From Eledone cirrhosa (Eukaryota), in contig OZ024743.1 of NCBI GenBank assembly GCA_964016885.1, forward strand, positions 189,286,001 to 189,350,000: 64,000 nucleotides of DNA, in the 5' to 3' direction. Below the pieces are notes generated by a model that searched no databases, was not told the origin of the DNA, and worked only from the letters and a program-made list of their open reading frames with translations. Within the stretch, counting starts at the first letter, position 1; every line of letters begins with the position of its first letter. Shown in pieces: positions 15,001-26,969 of the stretch. The translations under genes and the position numbers were made by a program.

Positions 15001-15781
15001 AGTTTTGCGTCTGTGTGAGTATGCAGGTTCGTACATATGTAGGGTGTGTGTATATGTGTACTTCTTGTTTTAGTTGACTTACGTCTCCGAACACTCGTGT
15101 GATTATATGTAGGTATGTGTGTGCGCTTGTTATATACGTATTTATTTATTTATATACGTTTATATAATTATTTATTTATTTGTATATACGCATACACACA
15201 CACATATTTATATGTGCGTGGTTTTGTATACCTATGGTAAGGTTTTGCGTATGCTTGTGTATGTACGTATTTGTTTGCGTGTATGTATTCATTTATTTCT
15301 ATTACTTCTGTATTGTATTTATTTACTTTGTTCTTAACTCTGTAGCGGAGATTCATTTGGTCTCCTAGTTAGAATTTTAGTCTACTACTTCTACTATACC
15401 ATTTACCTGGTTTTGTCTTTGCGTGCTATGGTTCTCCACGCTCCACACTTGACGTATTATTTTCGTTCATTGCCAGAGAACGTCTCTATGCACCACCTAA
15501 GAGAACATTAGTCTACGACCTCTTTTATACCATAAACGTGGTTCTGTCTTTGCGCGTAATTGTTTTTCACCGCTCCTATTAATGACGTATTATTCGTTTT
15601 TTCCCGTTCTTTGCCAGCGAACGTTTCCACGAACCAAAGTATCGTCTTCCTGTCTTCCTCCGGTTGCAACGTTTTTTGAAATATCCATTTCTGCGTTTAC
15701 AGACTGACTTTATTAGTTTCAGAAGATCCCGTTAAAGGTGAAAGCAGCGATTCTTTGCTTAAACTTTAATCTGTTATTTTA

Positions 15782-15787
<6 letters not shown>
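12071..15787 (+). mobile_element. Near full-length PLE (family B): pLTR-ORF-pLTR
   Basis: About 465-bp direct repeats at 12072-12537 and 15322-15787 flank the RT-EN ORF. HHR-like motifs at 12463-12513 and 15715-15765. Confidence 0.9.
12668..14785 (+). pseudogene. PLE RT + GIY-YIG ORF (about 705 codons) with a single premature TAA at 14558-14560
   Basis: Motifs STKNIP, DKT, LKDHK, FIQFDI, MGASD, GLYRDDGL, NYLDV, WYNPP, CNC..CPL.G.C, IVY...YIG. The frame continues past the stop as IWSLK...CDLCAAE...LNKKSE...CKH to TAG at 14785. Confidence 0.9.
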
Positions 15788-15822
<35 letters not shown>

Positions 15823-15827
<5 letters not shown>

Positions 15828-17715
15828 TATGAAGAGAGAAGAAACATTTAGATATAATTAGTAATAAAATGTATCATACCTAAACTGCTCCTAGATTCCT
15901 CGACTACATAGTTTCGTGGCATAAACAAAAACAATACATCATAAAGATATAGAGTCCCTGCGAGGTATGCCGACTTATCAAGAGGATACCTCATTTTACT
16001 AGTCTCAAGAACGCGTCTACACGACGTGAGAAAGAATCCCAAAAGGCAAAGAGGGAGATAGTCACGCGATATAACGGTCGAGAAACAGAGCTAAACCTCT
16101 TATAACCCCGAAGAAAATATCACAGAGGCGGAGGGGGTATTTATATCGAAGCCGTAGAAGAGGTGGTGAAGGAGGCGAGAAGTATGAGTAATGGGAGCTT
16201 TCAGCAGTCACAACACTTCAAAGATTACTCAACCAGAGGGAGTTATTAACAATATATTTAGAAACACACAGATACATGCGGACACACACATATACATGAA
16301 TGCATCCACACCCAACCGTGAGTTAAGGGTGCCAACCTCACCGATGTTGCTCAATGAATGACTAGGACAGACCAATCCGGTTGAACTAGACTGAACCAGT
16401 ATCAGAGTTAAAAATACATTATGAAGAGAGAAGAAACATTTAGATATAATTAGTAATAAAATGTATCATACCTAAACTGCTCCTAGATTCCTCGACTACG
16501 TAGTTTCGTGGCATAAACTAAAACAATACATCATAAAGATATAGAGTCCCTGCGAGGTCTGCCGACTTATCAAGAGGATACCTCATTTTACTAGTCTCAA
16601 GAACGCGTCTACATGACGTGAGAAAGAATCCCAAAAGGCGGAGGGGGAGATAGTCACGCGATATAACGGTCGAGAAACAGAGCTAAGCCTCTTATAACCA
16701 CGAAGAAAATACCGTTATATCGCGTGACTATCTCCCCCTCCGCCTTTTGGGATTCTTTCTCACGTCGTGTAGACGCGTTCTTGAGACTAGTAAAATGAGG
16801 TATCCTCTTGATAAGTCGGCAGACATCGCGGGAAATCTATATCTTTATGATGTATTGTTTTTGTTTATGCCACGAAACTACGTAGTCGAGGTATCTAGGA
16901 GCAGTTTAGGTATGATACATTTTATTACTAATTATATCTAAATGTTTCTTCTCTCTTCATAATGTATTTTTAACTCTGATACTGGTTCAGTCTAGTTCAA
17001 CCGGATTGGTCTGTCCCAGTCATTCATTGAGCAACATCGGTGAGGTTGGCACCCTTAACTCACGGTTGGGTGTGGATGCATTCATGTATATGTGTGTGTC
17101 CGCATGCATCTGTGTGTTTCTAAATATATTGTTAATAACTCCCTCTGGTTGAGTAATCTTTGAATTGTGGTGACTGCTGAAAGCTGCCATTACTCATACT
17201 TCTCGTCCCCTTCACCACCTCTTCTACGGCTTCGATATAAATACCCCCTCCGCCTCTGTGGTATTTTCTTCGGGGTTATAAGAGACTTAGCTCTGTTTCT
17301 CGACCGTTATATCGCGTGACTATCTCCCTCTTTGCCTTTTGGGATTCTTTCTCACGTCGTGTAGACGCGTTCTTGAGACTAGTAAAATGAGGTATCCTCT
17401 TGATAAGTCGGCAGACATCGCGGGAAATCTATATCTTTATGATGTATTGTTTTTGTTTATGCCACGAAACTACGTAGTCGAGGAATCTAGGAGCAGTTTA
17501 GGTATGATACATTTTATTACTAATTATATCTAAATGTTTCTTCTCTCTTCATAATGTATTTTTAACACTGATACTGGTTCAGTCTAGTTCAACCGGATTG
17601 GTCTGTCCCAGTCATTCATTGAGTAACATCGGTGAGGTTGGCACCCTTAACTCACGGTTGGGTGTGGATGCATTCATGTATATGTGTGTGTCCGCATGTA
17701 TCTGTGTGTTTCTAA

Positions 17716-17721
<6 letters not shown>
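15823..17721. repeat. 592-bp unit non-coding repeat: about 1.5 units in one orientation, then about 1.7 units inverted (junction about 16711)
   Basis: 15825 repeats at 16417 and 16712 repeats at 17304. The same 64-aa pseudo-ORF occurs three times on both strands. Flanked by (TA)n. Confidence 0.85.
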
Positions 17722-17782
<61 letters not shown>

Positions 17783-17928
17783 ATAATACATATATATATA
17801 TACATAAATATATATATATATATAAAATATATATATACTTATATATATATACATATATATATCCATATATATATATACATATATATATCCATACATATAT
17901 ATATATACATAAATATATATATATAAAC

Positions 17929-17969
<41 letters not shown>

Positions 17970-18002
17970 CACATATATATATATATACATTTATATATAT
18001 AT

Positions 18003-18072
<70 letters not shown>

Positions 18073-18093
18073 GTATATATATATATATATGTG

Positions 18094-18190
<97 letters not shown>

Positions 18191-18201
18191 GTATATATAT
18201 A

Positions 18202-19058
18202 TAACTCTTCCTCACACTTTCACTCACTCACTGTTTTTCTCCCTCTTCTCTTCATTTCATCCTGCACTCACGAACGCTATTTTTTCTCTCTCTGCTCAAT
18301 GGCCTTCGTTCGTGCTGGTACTCTTCTCTAAGCGCTCATATATTCACCTAGCTTACGCTAAACAGAATAATTTTTGAAGCTTGTTTCTCCCCCACGGTAT
18401 TCTATATTTTCTGTGGTTCTCCTGTCTCACTCGCTTTACGCGTTTTAATTGTCCTAATAACTTATTTTGGTTATTATTGCACCGAAGTGAGATATATGAT
18501 TTTTAATGCAATGAAATATCTATGATCTTCGGCAAATCACTGATGAGGGACGTATTTTATTACATGTTACCATGTGCTACCTGCAGTATTTTTCTCTATG
18601 TTTTAATACATATATTTACCACTGCGATTCTGTGTTTTTTTCTCTCCCTCTTACTGTTCCCCCATTCTCTCTGTTTCTCCCCCTCTGTCTTGTCCGTTAA
18701 CTCTTCCTCACACTTTCACTCACTCACTGTTTTTCTCCCTCTTCTCTTCATTTCATCCTGCACTCACGAACGCTATTTTTTCTCTCTCTGCTCAATGGCC
18801 TTCGTTCGTGCTGGTACTATTCTCTAAGCGCACATATATTCACCTAGCTTACGCTAAACAGAATAATTTTTGAAGCTTGTTTCTCCCCCACGGTATGCTA
18901 TATTTTCTGTTGTTCTCCTGTCTCACTCGCTTTACGCGTTTTAATTGTACTAATAACTTATTTTGGTTATTATTGCACCGAAGTGAGATATGTGATTTTT
19001 AATGCAATGAAATATCTATGATCTTCGGCAAATCACTGATGAGGGACGTATTTTATTA
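18202..19058. repeat. 496-bp unit tandem repeat (about 1.7 units)
   Basis: 18202 repeats at 18698; flanked by (TA)n. Confidence 0.85.
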
Positions 19059-19147
19059 TATATATGTATATATATATATATGTATATATATATGTATATA
19101 TATATGTATATATATATATTTATGTATATATATATGTATTATTATAA

Positions 19148-19183
<36 letters not shown>

Positions 19184-19188
<5 letters not shown>

Positions 19189-22100
19189 TATAGACATAGA
19201 ATATTCGAAAATATTCTGTATGTTTATAATAAACATTTTGAAGACCTAATCGCTATAGAATAGAATACGTCACGTATTACAATTAGATTCTCGATAAAAG
19301 CAAGGGAAGTAATCTACGCGTTTCATTCTTGTTAGAAATCATCAGGACTACATATCCAGTGCTTTTATCGAGAATGACACAGCTAGAGACTTATAGAATA
19401 CTTAGCTGTGTACAGGAACTGGTTTGAAAGAGCGGTTGCCGGTCCGGCAGAAATTAGAAATTGGAATAAATGCTCTGAAATAGCGATATATATGTGAATA
19501 TAGACATAGAATATTCGAAAATATTCTGTATGTTTATAATAAACATTTTGAAGACCTAATCGCTATAGAATAGAATACGTCACGTATTACAATTAGATTC
19601 TCGATAAAAGCAAGGGAAGTAATCTACGCGTTTCATTCTTGTTAGAAATCATCAGGACTACATATCCAGTGCTTTTATCGAGAATGACACAGCTAGAGAC
19701 TTATAGAATACTTAGCTGTGTACAGGAACTGGTTTGAAAGAGCGAATATTCTGTGTCTATATTCACATATATATCGCTATTTCAGAGCATTTATTCCAAT
19801 TTCTAATTTCTGCCGGACCGGCAACCGCTCTTTCAAACCAGTTCCTGTACACAGCTAAGTATTCTATAAGTCTCTAGCTGTGTCATTCTCGATAAAAGCA
19901 CTGGATATGTAGTCCTGATGATTTCTAACAAGAATGAAACGCGTAGATTACTTCCCTTGCTTTTATCGAGAATCTAATTGTAATACGTGACGTATTCTAT
20001 TCTATAGCGATTAGGTCTTCAAAATGTTTATTATAAACATACAGAATATTTTCGAATATTCTATGTCTATATTCACATATATATCGCTATTTCAGAGCAT
20101 TTATTCCAATTTCTAATTTCTGCCGGACCGGCAACCGCTCTTTCAAACCAGTTCCTGTACACAGCTAAGTATTCTATAAGTCTCTAGCTGTGTCATTCTC
20201 GATAAAAGCACTGGATATGTAGTCCTGATGATTTCTAACAAGAATGAAACGCGTAGATTACTTCCCTTGCTTTTATCGAGAATCTAATTGTAATACGTGA
20301 CGTATTCTATTCTATAGCGATTAGGTCTTCAAAATGTTTATTATAAACATACAGAATATTTTCGAATATTCTATGTCTATATTCACATATATATCGCTAT
20401 TTCAGAGCATTTATTCCAATTTCTAATTTCTGCCGGACCGGCAACCGCTCTTTCAAACCAGTTCCTGTACACAGCTAAGTATTCTATAAGTCTCTAGCTG
20501 TGTCATTCTCGATAAAAGCACTGGATATGTAGTCCTGATGATTTCTAACAAGAATGAAACGCGTAGATTACTTCCCTTGCTTTTATCGAGAATCTAATTG
20601 TAATACGTGACGTATTCTATTCTATAGCGATTAGGTCTTCAAAATGTTTATTATAAACATACAGAATATTTTCGAATATTCTATGTCTATATTCACATAT
20701 ATATCGCTATTTCAGAGCATTTATTCCAATTTCTAATTTCTGCCGGACCGGCAACCGCTCTTTCAAACCAGTTCCTGTACACAGCTAAGTATTCTATAAG
20801 TCTCTAGCTGTGTCATTCTCGATAAAAGCACTGGATATGTAGTCCTGATGATTTCTAACAAGAATGAAACGCGTAGATTACTTCCCTTGCTTTTATCGAG
20901 AATCTAATTGTAATACGTGACGTATTCTATTCTATAGCGATTAGGTCTTCAAAATGTTTATTATAAACATACAGAATATTTTCGAATATTCTATGTCTAT
21001 ATTCACATATATATCGCTATTTCAGAGCATTTATTCCAATTTCTAATTTCTGCCGGACCGGCAACCGCTCTTTCAAACCAGTTCCTGTACACAGCTAAGT
21101 ATTCTATAAGTCTCTAGCTGTGTCATTCTCGATAAAAGCACTGGATATGTAGTCCTGATGATTTCTAACAAGAATGAAACGCGTAGATTACTTCCCTTGC
21201 TTTTATCGAGAATCTAATTGTAATACGTGACGTATTCTATTCTATAGCGATTAGGTCTTCAAAATGTTTATTATAAACATACAGAATATTTTCGAATATT
21301 CTATGTCTATATTCACATATATATCGCTATTTCAGAGCATTTATTCCAATTTCTAATTTCTGCCGGACCGGCAACCGCTCTTTCAAACCAGTTCCTGTAC
21401 ACAGCTAAGTATTCTATAAGTCTCTAGCTGTGTCATTCTCGATAAAAGCACTGGATATGTAGTCCTGATGATTTCTAACAAGAATGAAACGCGTAGATTA
21501 CTTCCCTTGCTTTTATCGAGAATCTAATTGTAATACGTGACGTATTCTATTCTATAGCGATTAGGTCTTCAAAATGTTTATTATAAACATACAGAATATT
21601 TTCGAATATTCTATATCTATATTCACATATATATCGCTATTTCAGAGCATTTATTCCAATTTCTAATTTCTGCCGGTCCGGCAACCGCTCTTTCAAACCA
21701 GTTCCTGTACACAGCTAAGTACTCTATAAGTCTCTAGCTGTGTCATTCTCGATAAAAGCACTGGATATGTAGTCCTGATGATTTCTAACAAGAATGAAAC
21801 GCGTAGATTACTTCCCTTGCTTTTATCGAGAATCTAATTGTAATACGTGACATATTCTATTCTATAGCGATTAGGTCTTCAAAATGTTTATTATAAACAT
21901 ACAGAATATTTTCGAATATTCTATGTCTATATTCACATATATATCGCTATTTCAGAGCATTTATTCCAATTTCTAATTTCTGCCGGACCGGCAACCGCTC
22001 TTTCAAACCAGTTCCTGTACACAGCTAAGTATTCTATAAGTCTCTAGCTGTGTCATTCTCGATAAAAGCACTGGATATGTAGTCCTGATGATTTCTAACA

Positions 22101-22278
22101 AGAATGAAACGCGTAGATTACTTCCCTTGCTTTTATCGAGAATCTAATTGTAATACGTGACGTATTCTATTCTATAGCGATTAGGTCTTCAAAATGTTTA
22201 TTATAAACATACAGAATATTTTCGAATATTCTATGTCTATATTCACATATATATCGCTATTTCAGAGCATTTATTCCA

Positions 22279-22281
<3 letters not shown>
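19184..22281. mobile_element. 310-bp tandem array with one minimal type I HHR per unit (non-LTR retrozyme-like): about 1.8 units on the - strand, then about 8.2 units on the + strand
   Basis: HHRs start at 19909, 20219, 20529, 20839, 21149, 21459, 21769 and 22079 (+), and lie at 19309-19351 and 19619-19661 (-). Inversion junction is at about 19744. Units differ by only isolated substitutions. Confidence 0.9.
19909..19951 (+). ncRNA. Minimal type I hammerhead ribozyme (representative of 10 copies)
   Basis: guaguc-CUGAUGA-uuucu aaca agaau-GAAA-cgcg-UA-gauuac. Stem I is 6 bp, stem II 4 bp, stem III is the palindrome ACGCGU. Predicted cleavage after A19945. Confidence 0.9.
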
Positions 22282-22325
<44 letters not shown>

Positions 22326-22432
22326 TGTATATATATGTATATATATAGATATGTATATATATATGTATATATATATATATACACACATATATTTGTATAT
22401 ATATGTATATATATATACACATACATAGGTAT

Positions 22433-22494
<62 letters not shown>

Positions 22495-22559
22495 GTATAT
22501 ATGTATATATATATGTATATATATATATATGTATATATGTATTTATGTATATATATATG

Positions 22560-22620
<61 letters not shown>

Positions 22621-22941
22621 GTATATATGTATATATATATATGTATATATGTATATATATATATGTATATATGTATATATATATGTATATATGTATATAT
22701 ATATGTATGTATATATGTATGTATATATGTATATATATATATGTATATATATAAGTATATATATTTATATATATATTTATATTTGTATATATATATGTAT
22801 ATATATTTATATATATATTTATATTTGTATATATATATGTATATATGTAGGAACGGGTAGGACCCCGACGGCTGAGCTCAAGACGTTTCGACTTCTTTTC
22901 TTGACTGAATGAAAATTTTAATCCTGGTATATATGTATATA

Positions 22942-23031
<90 letters not shown>

Positions 23032-23084
23032 CATATATATATATACATATATACCAGGATAAAAATTATATATATATGTATATA

Positions 23085-23127
<43 letters not shown>

Positions 23128-23519
23128 GTATATATATATATATATGTATATATATATGTATATGTATATATATATATGTATATATATATATGTATATATA
23201 TATATGTATATATATATGTATATATATATCTGTATATGTATATGTATATACATATATATATGTGTATATATATGTATATATATATGTATATATATATATG
23301 TATATATAAGTAAATATGTATATATATATGTATATATATATGTATATATATATATGTATACATGTATATATATATATATATGTATATATATATGTATATA
23401 TATATGTATATATATTTGCATACATATATATATATGTATATATATATATGCATATATATATGTATATATATATGTATATAAATATGTATATATATATGCA
23501 TGTATATATATATATGTAT

Positions 23520-24997
23520 AAGCAGATGATTGCGATCTTGTAGCGCACACAGAGAGTGATATGCAGCACATTTTGAATGCAATTTCTGACGCTTGCACTG
23601 CCCTAGGATTGACTGTCAGTCTCAAGAAAACCGTCGTCATGTACCAACCTGCCCCTGGTAAGCAGTACACTGAACCAAATATCTATGTGTATGGTAAATG
23701 ACTTGGAGTGGTTGATCAGTTTGTCTACCTGGGAAGCACTGTCAATCGATACAGCAACCTTGACAGTGAAATCTCACTTAGGATTAGGAAAGCAAGTGAT
23801 GCTTTCGGAAAGCTAGAAAGGCGACTCTGGAGTCTGTTAGACATATGCAGGAGGACAAAGGTAAAGGTGTACAGGGCATGTGTGCTCTCTTGTCTTCTTT
23901 ATGCCTGCGAGACTTGGGCACATATCGACACCACCTTAAGCAATTCGAGCGTTTCCATCAGATGTGTCTCAGACGGATCCATGGCGTTCACTGGAGGGAC
24001 CACATCAGTGATGTCGAGATTTTGGAAAGCTTTATGTGTGACAGTATAGAAGCTCTTGTGCTTAAGCAACGACACCGTTGGAGTGGTCAGCTTGCCAGGA
24101 TGAAGGATTAGTGAATACCAAAAGAACTCTTTTATGGAGAGTTGGTTAAAGGAAAACGACGGCCACATAAAACAAAAAAGAGGTATAAGGATTCCTTGAA
24201 AGCCTCACTGAAAGACGCTAACATCTCTGCTGATACATGGGAATATATTGCTGCTGATCGTAATAAATGGAAAAAGACTGTATATGAGGGAAAATTTGCC
24301 TTTGAGGCATCTCGAATCGCATACGAGAAAGTAAAGCGGGATGTGAGGAAGGGCATTGCTGTTGCACTTCCAGACGGCGAGGTTCCTCCTATGGTGCTGA
24401 CATGCAGCGCCTGTGCGAGACTCTGCCTAAGCAAAGCTGGACTCGAAAGTCATCTTCACAGTCATAAAGTAAGACCAGTGGTTGACTACCAGGCTGCTGT
24501 TGGAGATGCTACTCATCATGCTTGCCAAACATGTGGTAGAGAATGTAAATCAGCAGGAGGGCTCAAGCGACATGCAAAAGTACACGAACTCCAAACACAG
24601 CCGACTATTCCCAGTGAATGTTTTGGTTGCCGACTCTGTGCAAGACATTTTAGATCATTGGCTGGGCTAAAAAGCCACATTCGATCGCAGCGCTGTTAGT
24701 TGCTATCGTGTGTGTGTGTGTGTGTGTGTTTATAGATATGTTTATGTGTGTGCGTCTATCTGTATATATATGTATATGTATATTATTATTGTTGTTGTCG
24801 TTATTATTATTGTTGTTATCATTATTATTATTATTGTTATTAATGTATATGTGTGTGTGTATATATATGTGTGTGTATGTATGTATATGTATGTATATAT
24901 ATATATATATATATATATTTCTTTTTTTTATTTTATTTTATTTTTTTTTTCTCCTCGTGCAATGGCCATACTCGATAACGAGGGGGAAGCCATCATA
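23520..24997 (+). mobile_element. 5'-truncated RTE-clade LINE; decayed ORF ends at 24699 with three C2H2-like zinc fingers
   Basis: ADDCDL, FVYLGS, LLYACETW, ERFHQMCLRRI, RWSGQLARM and PKELFYGEL across frameshifts and stops. The 3' end reads ...gaagccatcat after microsatellite-expanded UTR. Confidence 0.85.
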
Positions 24998-25041
24998 TAT
25001 ACACGTATATATATATGTATATATATATGGATATGTATATG

Positions 25042-25161
<120 letters not shown>

Positions 25162-25204
25162 TATGTATATATATATGTATATATATATATGTATATATAT
25201 ATAT

Positions 25205-26296
25205 TCTAGAATAGAAAGAACTAAGAACAAGGCCAATAGAATAAACTCATGGTATGATAGCAATAAATACCAGAGTGTAATATTCTTCAATACAACCCCT
25301 AGAGGCGAACTAGCCTACAAATTTAGAAGGGCCCTAAAGAAACATAATCTGAATATTAAGATAGTAGAAAGACCTGGTACCTCCGTAAAAACACTTATTA
25401 GCAAGACATACCCGTTCCAAAGACCCTCATGTATAGATAAGAAAAGTATAACCTGTAAAATAAGCCCCCATATTAACTGTAAAACTAGAAATGTAGTATA
25501 TAGCATTAGATGTACTGAAGGACAATGTAGAAACAAAAATATAGTGTACATAGGTGAGACAGCTCGTAGTATCGGGGAACGAATAAATGAACACTGGCGA
25601 GACCTCCAAGATAATAAAGAATCATTTGTTCTCTACCAACATGCTAAGATAGAACACAGGGGTAAATTAGAGAGCATAGAAATAAAAATAGAATCCACAC
25701 ACAAGAAAGACGCAATGTTTAGGCAAATTACAGAGGCAGTAAGCATAAAAGAATTAAAACCAAAATTAAATAGAAAATATGAGTGGAACAGCAACATCAC
25801 AACTTACAATTAAGGACAAAATGAAAACACACACACACATAGAACAAACAACTTACAATTGAAAACACACACAAAATGAAAACACACACACACATAGAAC
25901 AAACAACCAACCAACAATAAATAAATAAATAAACAAACAAATAGAAAAATATAAATAGAAAAATAGAAAAATGAACACAAACACACACAGACACCCGGAT
26001 GTGGCGCATGCGCAAACTGAGCACGCAACCCACACACAAACAAAATGGCGTAGGATAGAAGAAAGGAAAGGCACAGAAACGAAGAAAGAAATCCCCAGAC
26101 ACTGAAGAGGTCACAGAGTGTGTGACGAAAGAACTATGACTATATATATATAAACAACTATCTGGTTGTGGAACCAACCAACCAACCAGAAATTTATAAA
26201 TTTGTAAATTTATAAATATATAATAAATTAAATTGAAGTGAAACACTGGTGCGTGTGTTTCTTATTGGCAACATGACCCTCCCAAAGTATAACAAT
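25205..26296 (+). mobile_element. 5'-truncated PLE: GIY-YIG domain (to 25813) plus pLTR with HHR
   Basis: NVVYSIRC...VYIGETARS...RINEH...RQITEAVSI...LNRKYEW. Same family as 42905-44520. Confidence 0.85.
26097..26141 (+). ncRNA. Minimal type I HHR (CUGAAGA core)
   Basis: agaca-CUGAAGA-g gucac agagugu gugac-GAAA-gaac-UA-ugacu, with one mismatch in stem I. The homologue at about 44270-44313 is degenerate. Confidence 0.6.
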
Positions 26297-26349
26297 ATAT
26301 ATATATACATATATGTATATGTATGTATATGTATATGTATATATATATG

Positions 26350-26380
<31 letters not shown>

Positions 26381-26540
26381 GCATATATATATGTATATAT
26401 ATATATATATGTGTATATATATATATGTATATATATGTATTTATATATACATATATATATATATGTATATATATATGTATATATATATATATACATGTAT
26501 ATATATATATGTATATATATATATGTATATATATATATAC

Positions 26541-26584
<44 letters not shown>

Positions 26585-26969
26585 GTATATATATATCTAT
26601 ATATATATACATATATATGTAGAAGGATTTTAATGAATACAGTTTAGTTAAAAGGAATTTATTGACACATGTTTCTATAACAGTTACACAGCCTGAAAAC
26701 AGCTGCTATCTACAAAGTATTAGTTATGCAGACATTCAATATTTCAATGTTATTATCAACTGTCATTTCATCGGAATATTTTTACTGAGGACCTGTTTGG
26801 TTTTTATAGAGAATATTAGGAGGGAGGGGTGAAGTTGTTAGAAGAATAGTTGAGGGAGTGGTTTTTTGATAGCAGTGAGGATTTTTGGTGGCAGTGAGTA
26901 ATTAGATTCCCATCTGTTGTTTTGACATTTATATATGTATATATATACATATATATATGTATATATATA

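Noticed and set aside
15848-17533. 64-aa ORF present three times
   Set aside because: Starts at TTG, has no recognisable motif, and recurs only because the 592-bp unit is repeated.
19745-22281. CRISPR array or plain satellite
   Set aside because: Units are identical over 310 bp with no variable spacers or cas genes. The HHR per unit and the 5' inversion favour a retro-origin over simple satellite DNA.
24142-24699. Host C2H2 zinc-finger gene
   Set aside because: Contiguous with RTE RT/thumb motifs and lacks TGEKP linkers; it is part of the LINE.
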